From: Tubiluchus corallicola | Lineage: Eukaryota; Animalia; Priapulida | Length of the DNA: 64,000 nt | Assembly: GCA_030141605.1 (NCBI GenBank) | Contig: JAQGDQ010001012.1 | Span: forward strand, 6,633-70,632 | Direction: 5' to 3' | In this document: in pieces, positions 38,843-51,896 of the stretch | Numbering within the stretch: the first letter of the stretch is position 1 | Layout: the number at the start of each line of letters is the position of its first letter | Program-made: the position numbers and the translations under genes | Notes under the pieces: model-generated | The model's database searches: none | The model's input: the letters and a program-made list of their open reading frames with translations, nothing else | Told to the model about the DNA's origin: nothing

Positions 38843-40514
38843 ATCAGCTGAGCCTCTTTTGGAGAAAAAACTAAATGCTGTTCTGTACGGGCATCCTAAC
38901 ACTCACCATAAGTTGAATTTGTTCAGTGTAGATGGAGTGAATAGTGATTCTCTTCACCAGATAGGAAAAATTGATAGAATTCCTTGTACACCTTGCTATA
39001 ACGGTCATTTTAATTCGTGTGTGTCAGAACTGCAAACAAAAAATCTAGATCAAAGAAACGTAAATAATCAGCTGAATGCAGTGCAGACTCCGCATTATGT
39101 GCCTAGTACAAATATTGACCATTATATGAAACAAAATATACAGTTAACAACTGCCGTTACTTCCGCATCTGTTAGTGCCAAAGATATAAAGCTGTTAAAG
39201 CAAAAAAATGTAGCAAGCAACTTTGAGTCATCAGCTTCTAGTAGAACTGGTTATGAAGAGTCCTTGTTCAAATCCTTCAATGGCATATGTGCAAAACCTG
39301 TTCATTACAGAACTCAAAATATTTGCGTAAGTAGTAATCAAAGTTCTTTGCCTTTGCCTCCTATTAATCCAAATTCTGGTACAGCGTTGAGTGAGATGAA
39401 GAAGAATGTGCCATTTTTTACATCTGATAACACCAGAGAACGTGCTAAAAGTGTTTGTGCAACTGATGTTAATGAAGTCTGGGTGTGTCGAAAATGTACA
39501 TTCGAGAATAAATCTACATCTAGAAGGTGTGCTGTTTGTGAGACCCCACAGAAATGTAATGTTACCACAAAAATTCTCAAAAATGTAATTGCGAATCAGT
39601 TTGAAGTGCCCTTCAGCACTGATACAACAAGAGTAGGAGAGTCACTGCGTAGGTCATACAGTGTACCGTCCGCATCCACTGATAGCTTGTTACTAAAAGG
39701 TTTTTTATCTTCTGAAAACAGCACTAGAACTGATACTGCTACACATTCAGCTAAAGCATGTTCAAGTGGTCAACAGAATACAATGACAGATTTCACCTGG
39801 AATCCCAGAACTACAAGACTGAAAATGCAACCGATAGATATTGATACTGATGAGACAATAACTGGAGAAAATGACTCGTGGGTGTGTCAGCATTGTACAA
39901 AACGCACTTGCAATCCTGCATGGTCTGATGTGTGTGACACTTGTCGTACTCCCCGTATTATTCATACTAATGTTGAACTTGAAAATGTCGATAGTGCTTG
40001 TCAAAAAAAACAACACAATACCTCCTGTAGTGACAGTAATGTTACACTGGCACATACTGTTTCTGAAACATTTTGGAACTGTATTAAGTGTACCTTATTA
40101 AATCCCAGTGCAGTTAATGTATGTGCGGCCTGTGGTTGTTCCAAACTGTACAGTGAGTCTGTACAGCACAAACAGGTTAATAAGGTTTGGGAGTGCAACC
40201 ACTGTACTTTGGAAAATCCAGTTCATTTTAATGTGTGTCAAGCCTGCAGTGAACGAAGGCCACGTGTGCAATGCCATTACCAGGAGACTTTTCAAAGAAA
40301 GAAACAGAGTACTTGGACATGTGCAGGGTGTACACTGGTGAACGAGAAAGTAATGCTTTCATGTGGAGCTTGTGGCCGGCAGAAGCCAGGTGTTCTTAAA
40401 CGGGAGCCGTCTGAACCAGGACAGCATGCCAGTGACCTGATGGAAGAGTTGAGGGAAGTGGATGAATTACAAGCAAATAAAATATGCAGGGAGATCATAC
40501 AGTTTTGCAGACAG
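38843..40514 (+). CDS. CAPN15: Calpain-15/SOL exon with five RanBP2-type zinc fingers
   Basis: WVCRKCTFEN, WVCQHC, WNCIKCTLLN, WECNHCTLEN, WTCAGCTLVN; ends ...IIQFCRQ/GTgagt; phase 2/0. Confidence 0.92.
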
Positions 40515-41039
40515 GTGAGTTTTAAACTTAAAGGAAAGGTTTTTATGTTTAATTGAGCTGCAATCCTTGGTAACAATTTATAGTTTTAATGTGCAAGTTA
40601 AAGCCAGCATGACTAGTTTAAAATGACTCAGTTTCAAACAAAATGCTGACCAGACTGAGAGGGTAATAGTCACTTTTTAGGCAATTATGCAAAAAATTAA
40701 ATTGTAACCATGACGGCATGAACTCACATTTTTGGAATTCTTCATTTTAAAAAAATATTTATGATTACAGAAATGTTTTAATTAATTATTTTTCTCATTT
40801 TTTGCTAGAGTATTGCTAACAATACTTGTGAGTAAAATTATTTTATTTTTATTTTATTTACTCAACTACATTTATAAAATACATTTTGTAAAAGGAAATG
40901 GCAGCAGACATATAGGCCATAAATATATGCTGGCCATGGAATATAATATACAAAAATTTCCAATATGTTTACAATTGCAGTTATTAAATCAAATGATTGT
41001 GCAGTAACAGTTTCATCGTTAGATGCAAAAGCTTAAAAA

Positions 41040-42600
41040 CTTAAAGGCGAGTGACTACAGAAAAGCAAAATGTTTGATGATGTTTGGCGCATTAACCATG
41101 TCGTGATCAAGGTCGTTCCAGCTTGGGATTTCTCTCTTTAGAAAAGTCTATTTGTGTACACTTAATCAAGAATAATGCTTAAACAATTTGTAGTTGTGAC
41201 CTTGTAAATTTTGGATACGAGCATAATAAAAGAAATCACCAAATGACAAATCTACTAACTTATTGCATGTTTTATAAACCATCTTAAGATCAAAATTTAT
41301 TCATCTTATTTCGAGTGGCTGCAAATCTAAGATATGCAGCCTATCCAAGTTATACGTAGTAGTTAAAAATACCAAGTTCACAATGTGCAAATAAGCTATG
41401 TGTCATTAGTATTTGCTAATAAATGATTGTCGTTAATAGAGGCATGCAATTTTAGATCGTCATCATATAGCCTACAATTAGTAGCAGCTAATTCATTAAG
41501 TCGTTAATGAATAAAACACAAAATTGGTTGAAGTTGAAGTACACTGCCTTGAAGTGTTCCAGAAACAACTGTGCTATACTGAAAAAAATTCCTGACCAAC
41601 GAAAATTTGTTGGGTACGATTACTTAAAAATGCTCGAATCGATGCAAAAATATTACCAAGAGTGCAATTTGATTAAAAGCTTTGAATGAACAACGCTATC
41701 AAATCCTTTACTTAGTCATTGTACAGCACATCTAATTGCATATATTTGTCAACACTATCAACTAACTATGTGCATGTGGACTTACTTTGAGATTTAGAAA
41801 TTAAAGTAGGTAATAACAGATAATCTAAAAGTGCATCTTTAATACAAATTTCCATCACTTTGTAGGCTACTCATGTTAGTGAAATGGGTCGGTAATTAAG
41901 AGAGTCCGAACGGTTACCTTTTCTGATTATTGTGACAATGTCAGCACACAACCGTAGGCAGGCAGGGCGTGTGTTTGAAAAGAAATTTTTCAGAAATATT
42001 TGCTAATGGTATGCAAAGTTGACCAGCGAGGCTAGAAAACAGACCATTGGTGTGTGACTGGTTTTACAATTGATTTTTTAAGTGCTTTATAAACAACGTC
42101 TGTTGTAAAGCTTAGACTACATTTGGTAATGCCAGAATGAGCCTGGCGCGTAAAATTAGGTACTACCGCAATATTTAGAGTAAAATTTTCTGAAAATGCA
42201 TTGCGCAAAATGCGAGCCATTACTGCATTGTCTACAACAATATCTTTGTCAAATTTTAAAGAGGCACCTGATTTACAGTTGCTCAGGCTTACGATTAATG
42301 TATTTGAAAAGAGAAGCACTATTATTTGAGTTTAAAATTAGGTACTATCCCATTATTTACAGTGAAATTCCCTGAAAATGCATTGCACAAAATACGAGCC
42401 TTTATTGCGTCATCTACAACAGTACTTCCGTCAAATTTTTAAGAGGCAATCCCTTATTTATAGTTGCCCTTACTATTTTAATGTATTTGAAAAATGTAGC
42501 CCAAAATTTACTAATTGTGTGACAGTTTTTGAAAGTCCTTCCAATTTGTATTAAAAAAGTTGAAAAAAACCTTGGTTTTGTAAGATTTCATAAAGTTTTG
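41040..42600 (-). mobile_element. Decayed LINE remnant with an internal ~185-bp tandem duplication
   Basis: On the - strand: 'RSDSLNYRPISLT' ~41875-41915, 'KAFN' ~41675, and a 3'-end-like 'WNDL'. Duplicated segment 42152-42312 / 42334-42494. Confidence 0.6.
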
Positions 42601-42667
42601 CTAAATGAACTTACTGTGATTCTTGGTAATATTTTTATAATATTGCACATTTGCATACAGTTTGTAA

Positions 42668-42979
42668 TGGCGCGTTCAGTCGTAGAGACTTATCTCGCAG
42701 CTTGTTGCATAACTTCTGTCTGAGAATAAAGTCACACGTGTGAACAGCTTGGCAACTTCTGCGGCAATTATTATGCAACTTCTTTCTGAGAGTAAAGTCG
42801 CACATGTGAATAGCTTGGCAACTTCTCTTGCAGACTTATTGCAAACTCAGTGAGAGTGTCAATTTACACAAGTTAACTCTGGGGAACTCTCGCTGAGTTT
42901 GCAATAAGTTGCAAGAGAAGTTGCCATTCACACATGCGACTTTATTCTCAGAGAGAAGTCTCTATGTCTGAATAAGCCG
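42668..42979. mobile_element. PIF/Harbinger-type palindromic MITE
   Basis: TAA TSD (42665-67, 42980-82); imperfect TIR GGCGCGTTCAGTCGTAGAGACTT vs GGCTTATTCAGACATAGAGACTT; internal direct and inverted subrepeats form a long hairpin. Confidence 0.78.
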
Positions 42980-43038
42980 TAACATCAGGCTTGTTTGGCT
43001 TTTCTTTTAGCATAACAAAAACTTTCGTTTTGTTCCAG

Positions 43039-43237
43039 AATCGTGAATCGTTTGTGGATGATTCATTTCCTCCTGTTTTGAAGTCACTGTACTATGATCT
43101 GGAGGAACCGGGAAAAGATCTTTCCATAAACTGGCGACGTCCGTCTCAGGTAGAATCAGGAAATACAGTAGAGGATCGTGTACCTTGGGCTGTTTTTCGT
43201 ACACCATTGCCATCAGACATATCACAAGGAATTCTAG
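43039..43237 (+). CDS. CAPN15: Calpain-15 exon, start of the CysPc protease domain
   Basis: NRESFVDDSFPP...WRRP...PSDISQGILG; ccAG/GTaaaa; phase 0/1. Confidence 0.95.
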
Positions 43238-43456
43238 GTAAAATGTCCAAGTCCATAAGCAGAGGTGTAGCTGATAATATAGATGTCCATTAGTAGCAGT
43301 TAGCTGCTAAGGCAAAATAACCTGTAAATATTCAGTTCAATCTGTCTGGTACTTACATTCCCATTATCTTTCACATAGAAGCAGTCAATGAGAGAATCGG
43401 GTTTGCATTAAAGTGACTGTAATATTTGTGTAGCTACATTTATGAATATTTGGCAG

Positions 43457-43650
43457 GTAATTGCTGGTTTCTTAGTGCTCTGGCTGTCCTAGCTGAACGT
43501 CCTGAGCTAGTTGAACAAGTCATGCTCACCAGACTCGTAAATCAAGAAGGTGTGTACCAAGTGCGGCTTTGCATTAATGGATGTTGGATGACTGTGTTAG
43601 TCGACGATTTTCTGCCTTGCCATATTTCTGGGTGTCTTGTTTATTCTCAG
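43457..43650 (+). CDS. CAPN15: Calpain-15 exon with the catalytic Cys
   Basis: [16 protein letters not shown]...[26 protein letters not shown]; phase 1/0. Confidence 0.96.
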
Positions 43651-43779
43651 GTACTATTTCGTAGCCTGATCTTACTGTCGGATTTTGTTTGATTATTCTA
43701 GGCAAAAATTCTGTAGTATGATGTGATGTCTATGGAGTTGTTGTTGTATGATGTTGCTGTAACCGAAATGTATGTATCA

Positions 43780-45935
43780 TAGGTGACACAGGATTTTGAG
43801 CAAGAACATAATTTAATAGTAGGCTTTGTCTACAGACCTCCGGGCGAAGATCCCCAACATTTCACTCAGCAATTATCTAATTTATTGTCTATCGCAACCC
43901 GTCAAAAGAAAAAGTTTTTATTCTTGGTGACTCAATTTTAATTTATTAACTTTTGTCAACACCAGAAAGCTACATCTCATTTTTTTAAACGCCATGTTCT
44001 CCAATAGTACTTTTCCTGTAATTACCCTACTGACACATATAACGTCTAATAGTTTAATGTTAATATTACTAACGTAATTGAACATAAATTCATATCTGGA
44101 AATCCCCTTTTTTGACATCACCGATCACTTGCCAGTCTTTTAGGTAATTGATTTAAATGTCACTGCATCTCATTTCTTCATGCATAGCAAAACTCTATAA
44201 CAACTGCATTAAAACAAACTGTCTTCTGATTCGCATAATATTAACAGGAATGAGTGTACTCGACACCCACACCATAAGAAGCATATAATTTATTTTTGGA
44301 TAAATTTGAAACGTTGCAAAGTTATGAATAGGTAACAAAATGTTAGCGAATTCAACAAAGCAATAATTCATAATGTAGTAATGCAATATAAGAAAAATGC
44401 AGCTCGATAAAACAACTCAAAACACAACTAAATATGGAAGCTGTTAAAAAACCATCAGTACAGCAAGCAAAACTATCAAAAATATTAACATTTCAGTAAA
44501 GCAACAACAAATATAGTATGGCTGAGAAAAGTAGCTCAACAAAGCATTAATGCAGCTTAGAAATGCAAAAAAAAACAAAAATGCAAATTAAACAAACTCA
44601 ATCTAATGCATTACTCAGGTGTGCTTTAAAGATATGTATTAGTAGCAATTTAAAGCAATTAATTAGTATCAAACAATTAGATGCTTAGCAATGACAAGCC
44701 AGCAACATGCATTAATCTAGCATGTAGTAAAAGCAATGTACCTTTTGTACAAATTCATCAATAGAGTGCTTTATTTTGGATAAAACACCAATTAACATAA
44801 CATTTTCTAAATTTGAATATTATCAAAACAAACTAGAACATATTAATATCTAATATTAATAAGAAAACATGGATTACTATTAAAGAGATTGCACAATCAA
44901 ATACTAAATCAGCTACATACGCTCTCAAAATAAGCAATAAGTTAATAACTGCTAACAAGTTTGTCGCTTGTGAATTCAGTGAGCTTTTCTCACGTATCAG
45001 TCAAAAATTAGCTAAAGAAATTCCAAATACTCGTACTAACGTCCAAACTTTATCTTCAGAGTAACTATCAATCTGTTCTTCTTTTTTATCAATATCAATA
45101 TCTTTCTTCATTCTTTTTGCAGTGAACGAAATAAAATCTACTTGACCGTAACAAAGGGCAGGCATTGATAATCTTCTCCCCAGAGTCAGAATTGATTTAA
45201 TTCATCAATTAGCTGCTCCTTTAACACATATAAGTAATCCCTCATCAAGTCAAACAAACAGTTATTATTCCTTTGTTTAAAGCTAAAGACTCATTACATG
45301 TTAATAATTGTCAATCTATATCCTTAGGATCCTTCTGTTCTAAAATATTAGAAAAGATCTCTATAAAATATTAACAGCTTACTTTAATAAGCATAATTAA
45401 CTTCATAATCATCAGTATGGCTCTATAAAGCACAGTTTCTACAGAGTTAGCCCTGGTTAATATAATGAATAACATAGTTAATTGTTTAGAACAAAACACT
45501 TGCTATTGGATTTTTTGCGACCTCTGTAAGGCCTGCGATACAATTAATCATGATATACATAAAAGAGCCAGCCTTTAGGAATCAACATGGCGTTTATTAA
45601 CCGCAGGCGATCGTTTCGACAGCAACTGTCATTATCAATGCCAGATATCAAGACAAACAAATAATACATTTATGACATTTGCTGCACTGACATACTGACA
45701 TTTGCTGTGGAAACTATCGGCTCCGCTTAATAAAGGCCCAGTTAATCATGATGTATAGTTTGATAAGTTATTTCATTATGGCATTATATGGGTCATATAC
45801 TCATAGCTTATTAATTACCTTAAAGGGCCGAATTCAAGTAGTTAGATGTGACAGTGTCCTTTATAATAAAGCATTAGTCTCACATGGAGTGTCCCAGGGC
45901 TCCATTTTGGGACATCTATTGTTTTTAATCTTGAA
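43780..45935 (+). mobile_element. Decayed CR1/L2-like LINE (EN and RT); continuation at ~51440-51560
   Basis: VGFVYRPP, DITDHLPVF, HQYG, GVSQGSILGHLLF; the FADDT motif appears at ~51471 after the intervening insertions. Confidence 0.7.
45589..45739. mobile_element. Small palindromic MITE inside the LINE
   Basis: ~40-bp imperfect inverted repeat GGCGTTTATTAACCGCAGGCGATCGTTTCGACAGCAACTGTCA / TGACATTTGCTGTGGAAACTATCGGCTCCGCTTAATAAAGGCCC; TTAATCATGAT occurs on both sides (45544, 45742). Confidence 0.65.
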
Positions 45936-45939
45936 GTAG

Positions 45940-48900
45940 GTCAAAGCTGACGTCATTCCTTTGATGGTTGTCATTCCTTTGATGAGCTCGAAGGTGACTG
46001 ACTAGACCAATTCTGGCCTGGAAAGTTCTTTGACATTTTGTGCAGGTGAGGTTGGGTGTTTGGACCTATTGTTGGGCAGTGTCACATGCCTTGCGTCTCC
46101 TGTGCTTCTCCTCTGCCTCCTCAATTCTTTTCGCCTCTGCTGTCTTAGCCCCTGTGGTGATGGCACTCCGCCATGCTGAGCGATCTTGTGCAAGGGTTTC
46201 CATTGAGCGGATATCCATGCTGAGCTCCTTGAGTGAGGCATTCAGGCTGTCTTTGAAGCGTTTCTTTGGTACCATAGAGCATCTTCTTTGGTATGCGGTT
46301 GTCTGGCATGCGAATCACATGTCCTGCCCACCGGACTTGTGTTTTGAGGAGGAGTGTATAGATACTGGCTAGGTCAGCTCTTTTAAGTACCTCTGTGTCT
46401 GGCACCTTGTCCTGCCACTTGATGTGCAGGATTTTCCTCAGATAGCTCATGTGAAAGTGGTTAAGCTGTTTTACGTGTCTCCTATATAATGTCCAGGATT
46501 CACTGGCATAGAGGAGAATGGTGATGACGACAGCTCTATACATCTTCAATTTTGTGGTGGTTCTGATGCCTCTCCTGTCCCATACGTTGGAGCGGAGTCT
46601 TCCAAATGAAGCGCTAGCCTTGGCAATTCTGTTGTTGATTTCTGTATTGATGTTGGCAGCTGTGGTAAGGGTGCTCCCTAGGTATGCGAAGTTGTCAACA
46701 GAGATAAGTTCTTGACCATTCACTAAAATCTTTGGCTGAACCTGTGGGGCATCTTGGGCTGATTGGTACATAACTTCAGTTTTCTTTGTAGAGATTGTTA
46801 GGCCATAGTTCTTGCAGGCTGATGCGAAGTGGTCCATCTCTCTTTGCATTTGTTATTGGGAGGTGGCACTGAGAGCGCAGTCATCAGCAAAGAGAAAGTC
46901 TTTGAATGTGGTTACATGGGTCTTGGTGGTAGCTTGCAAGTGCCTGGAGTTGAAGAGGCTGCCATCTGTTCTGTATTTTATCTTAATGCCATCCTGGGTG
47001 TTTTCAAAAGCATCATGTGGCATGGCAAAGAACATCATGTTGAAGAGTGTTGGAGCGAGTACACAGCCCTGTTTTACACCATTTGTTACTTCAAAGGCTA
47101 CAGACATGTCTCCGTCATCTAGGACTATGACCATCATGCCTTCATGAAACTGCCGCACAATATCAATAAACTTCTTTGGGCATCCACATTTTTCCATGAT
47201 CTTCCAGAGGCCATTCCTACTGACAGTATCGAAAGCCTTGGTGAGGTCTATGAATGTCGTGAAGAGGCTGATGTTCTGTTCTTGGCACTTCTCTTGAAGT
47301 TGTCTTGCAGCAAAGATCATATCCACCGTTCCTCTGCCTGCTCTAAAGCCACACTGGCTCTCTGGGAGAAGATTTAGTAGGACACGTACCAGGATCTTAC
47401 CCACTATGGACAGCAGAGATATACCTCTGTGGTTGTCACATGACTGCCTGTTCCCTTTTCGTTTGTAAATGTGAACAACTGTAGCATCTTGGAGGTCTTG
47501 AGGAAGTTTGCTTTCCTCCCACATCAGCTGGAATAGGTCGGTAAGTTCTTGTAGCATTGCTGCCCCCCCCCCCCCCGTCTTGTAGATTTTGACTGGTATT
47601 CCATCAGCACCTGGTGCTTTGCCATGGGAGGTTTGTTCAATGGCTTTGACGATCTCCTCTAGTGTTGGTGGTTGATCTAGGTCTTCATTTATTTCCTTTT
47701 GGGGTAGTCAGTCTATTGCTTCGGCGTTTATGGATGATGGTCGGTTTAGAACAGTGTTGAAATGTTCTGCCCATCTTTCTAGGATGTGGCTTCTGATGTG
47801 GGGTCATTTTGATGTACTCTAAGTAGATGGTGTTTGGATGCTATCAAAGTGATAATTTCAGGATCGTTTTCGTCAAACCAGTCTTGATGTGTTTTCGTAG
47901 CAATCCCTAGATCAGTGGTTCCCAAAGTAGGGGTAAATTACCCCCCGGGGGTAATATGGTTTTTTTGGGGGGGTAACGGGCACCCCTCTGAAAATTTTTA
48001 AAACTTCGCTCAGAATGCATTTTACATAGTTTTCTTCTTGAAGAGACTGCCTCCGGCAGGCAACACTGTATCATGGGGTCCATCATTCGCACGTTCCCAC
48101 GATCTCTGGTGCGATCCTGGGGAGAAGTCAAAGTTCACGATTGTTTCTTTGGTTTCTTCTCTATCGACATTTCTGCACAGCGTTTGAGTTTAGAGAAAGC
48201 TAGGCCCCTTTTACTATCTCTCTATCTTTTTGATACTAAGGAAAAGTGGATTTTGTTGTTGTCATTCATTTCTTCTTGTTTTCGTTTGTTCGAGTAATAA
48301 TTACGCAAACAAACCTGCTCACTCAGTAATGAGCAGGTTCAGTAATTGTAATTCTTGTTTTGGCAACAATACAACAACAACACCTGGAAATTTATTTATG
48401 TCACGAGCAAACATAAATAATTTTGCTTGCTTGTGGCATATACGTGTGTTTACTTTTTGAGTTGGAGAAGTAGTACTAGGTGGGGGGTAATGGACACGAC
48501 CGGGTTTCCCGATTTGGGTAACGGTCCGAGAAAGTTTGGGAACCACTGCCCTAGATGTTCATGGGCTGTTGAGTAGACCAGGTCTCTGAAGTGCTCCCAT
48601 TTCTGGTCAACAGTGGTGGCGTCTTGAGATGACTCCGAGATCTTTTTGTCAAGGCTTTGGGAGAAGCTGCTAGCAGTTACCTTATTTCGAAGTTTCCCAA
48701 CATCCAGTTTCTTCATGGTCTTTTTGCTTTGTGGCCGCCTTTTAGGTTGGATGTGTAGGCTGAGTTTGGATATGAGAAGATGATGATCTGTCCAGCACTC
48801 TGCACTTATCATTGCTTTGGTCACCCTCACGTCTTGCCGATCTTTCTTCCTGACGATGATGTAGTCTATCAAGTGCCAATTTTTTGATCTTGGATGCATC

Positions 48901-50163
48901 CAGGTTGTTTTATTATGCTTGGGAAGGCGAAATAGTGTGTTTGTGATGATGAGTTCATGGTTTGCACACACCTGTAATAGCAGGATCCCATTGCTGTTAC
49001 ATTTTCCCACTCCTTCTGTGCAGATAATTTCTTCCCATGATTGGTGATCTGTACCCACTCTAGCATTGAAATCTCCAAGTAGTATGAGTTTGTCTGATGT
49101 TGGAACATTTACGATGGTAGCATCTAACTCTTCATAAAACTTGTGCTTGACGTCATCTGGGTTGGTCATGGTTGGGGCATATGCACTTATGAGTGTAGTT
49201 TTCTTCCCTTTCGTGAGGGGTAGTTGGAGAGTCATAAGCCGGTCGTTGATGCCATCTGGAAGTTTTAAGAGGTTCTTCACACCATTTCTGATTGCAAATC
49301 CAACTCCTGCCTCTCTTTTCTCACCTGATGGTCTCCCACTCCAAAAGAAAGTGTATCCGCCGCCAGCTTCAGAGGGTTGTCCTTTCTCTGCAAGGCGTGT
49401 TTCGCTGAGGGCAGCTATGTCAATTTTGTATCTTTGTAATTCTTTTGCTATAAGAGCAGTTCTTCTTTCAGGTCTGTTGGTGTTGCCATTGTCGAGTAGT
49501 GTCCTGACGTTCCAGGCACCCAATGTTAGTGTTATTTTTCTCTTGTTCTTTCGACCGCACAGATGGGATTTCCCGCCAGACGCGGCTTGCTGGACCAGGA
49601 AAGTGTTGAGGGAGGCTATGTTTGGGACACCTTTTCTAGTCCGCTCCCCATGCTACGGGGGTGAGCAGAGCGTTCCTAAAGAGGAACTGCCTCGGCCAGT
49701 TGAGAGCGACCACATGCCCCGAGCCGCCTGTATGTAGATTTGTGACTGCAGCTTGAGTGTAATTTGCACTTGCTGGTTCGCCATTCCACCATCGCCACAG
49801 GACTTTGAATTTTTGGTGGTGACCTGTCATTATGACTTGTGCGTGACTTGGTTTAAAGTGAGGGAGGGATTGCACCAGGTCGCCAGCCTCACTCTCTCCA
49901 CGCCAGAAGTATCATCCATGGGAAAGGCAGAGCCAGTACATCTGGTACTTCGGGCGTCGCAGGAGTTGTCGGAATCATGGTGACCTATGCAACATGACCC
50001 GCCTATAGGGACTCCAGCTCCGGATTTTTCCTTGGGGTTTACTCCAGAAGTCTTTCTCACAGAGGGTATAGCCACAAGGCAGTGGAGGTTTGTGATCAGT
50101 GTTTTCCTTCACCTAGATGGATTGCCGGCCAAGGCTAAGGAGCCCCATTTACCCCCCCCCCCC
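45940..50163 (-). mobile_element. Near full-length RTE-clade LINE (5'UTR, APE endonuclease, RT, short-repeat tail), mildly decayed
   Basis: GAWNVRTL, AALSETR, SAYAPT, LGDFNA, TDH; RT RGISLLS, PESQCGFR, FIDLTKAFD, GVKQGCVLAP, LFADD; tail (CATCAAAGGAATGAC)x2. A few frameshifts and an internal deletion near 47800. Confidence 0.95.
47913..48548. mobile_element. hAT (Charlie/Buster-type) MITE, 636 bp, inside the RTE
   Basis: TIR CAGTGGTTCCCAAA / TTTGGGAACCACTG; 8-bp TSD CCCTAGAT (47905-12, 48549-56). Confidence 0.96.
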
Positions 50164-50419
50164 GTTTGATTGTATTATAAATAAAACAACATAATTATAG
50201 AAAAACTAACTAGCGCATGTTAAGTGCTAGTTGTGCATTAGTATGTTAGTTCCTTTCCTTTCGTATAAACATTTTTTAACATTATGTCAATACTAAGTTC
50301 AATAAGATCTCTGCGGTGTTTTATTTCAAGTGTGGCCAAAATTTATATTAGATACCTACGTAACATTAGTATCCTGAAATAGAAATTATTTTTCTTGTTA
50401 TAATCATGGTTAAAAGATG

Positions 50420-51430
50420 TGTATATATGTATATACAGTATATATATATATATATTGATTATTGATTATAAGTGTATTTATACGCAAAATTTTTTTGCGG
50501 GGCCTTTGCTAGTATATATATGGGTTTATATATAACCGACGAAGCTACAGCTGCGGCGACGGCATGTATAGGTTCGCACCTGTGGGTTTATTTCTTGAAT
50601 CAAACTGACTGGGACGAATGGGAGGCGAAAAATCTCCAAAAGTGGACATTTTTTCGGCCATTTTTCGCTCAACCTATACCTCTTATTTCTAGGGATCCAA
50701 AATGGGCCGCGGGTGGTGCTGGTAATGGTTGAATAACCTATTCAACGTTGGGTGTAATAGTCATGTTTAGATTTTGTGGGATGGTCAATAATACGCTCTA
50801 CAGGCATTTTTTCAGACCCAACCACGCAAATTTTGCAGAAAACTGCTCAACTGCCCTCTAGAAAACTCAATTTGTGCTACTGTTTGGGCATGATTGGGAA
50901 AAATAAGCACACTCGCAGAAAGAAGATGAAATGGTCTACAAAATGTTGATGGTTTTGTTGGGAGAGATGTATACTGGATGAAACGTGAGGGGTGAATGTC
51001 GAAGTTCTTTTTCTATCCCCCTGTGCTGCACGCTATTTGGAACATCCATTGTCGTTGAGTTTGAGAAATTTTGAGAAAGTTTGAGTTTGAGAACGTTCTA
51101 CAGTGTTATAGATTTTACATGTAAGTAAGTTGTGTTAGCCTATTATCATCTGAGAAGCAGCAAACAAAACTATGTAGAATGTCCGTGCATTATTGATCAT
51201 TGGTAGGCAGACTAAGAGCATTTATTATGGCACACAGTTTCGACTTTGTGCAAACTGTTCTTAGTGGTTTTGCCGTGATACTGTATTGTTGGTGCTGGTG
51301 CTGTAGGTGTCATTACCGCTGGCATCATCATCGCCATCAACATCATGATCACCGTGTGATGTGGTGGGGTGGTAGGGTGTTTGTGAGGTTGGTGGAGTGG
51401 TGTGGGTGATGTGGTGGGTGTGGTTTAGTG
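50420..51430 (+). mobile_element. Helitron-like relatives of the 56.7-64 kb array (minimal end plus a truncated diverged copy)
   Basis: (TA)n then hairpin CGCAAAA-TT(T)-TTTTGCG and GGGCCTTTGCTAG (CTAG 50509-12). Then a diverged head (GAAGCTACAGC..GACGGCA), with module-B homology at 51225-51425. Confidence 0.7.
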
Positions 51431-51751
51431 CCTAGAAAACTGCATTACCGATAATGGATACGTCTTCCAATTTGCTGATGATACAAGTATTTTCTTTGAG
51501 ATCAATAGTAAGCTATGGACACTAATATCATCAAAAAATATTGAACTCAGCAAAATCACAAGCTTGTTTATAATCAACAAATTATAAAAAATTGTATTCA
51601 GATTTTCTGCTTTTGTAAATTTACAAGTGAGCGAAATGGAAAATTCGCAAAGGTAACTAAAACACGGAGACTTAGTTCTCCTTTCACTTTCTATTATGTA
51701 CAAAGTTTACTTGTGTTTGGTTTGCTGATGATGATGTGCTCATTCTTTTAG

Positions 51752-51896
51752 GCAAAGAGACGGCAGCTGTGGGTACCCATAATAGAAAAAGCTCTAGCAA
51801 AAGTACATGGGTGTTACGAGGCATTGGCATGTGGTCGGTCAATAGAAGGTTTAGCATCCCTTACTGGTGCTCCTTGTGAAAGTTTGCCATTGCAAC
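51752..51896 (+). CDS. CAPN15: Calpain-15 CysPc exon
   Basis: [48 protein letters not shown]; ttttAG/GTgcgt; phase 0/1. Confidence 0.95.
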
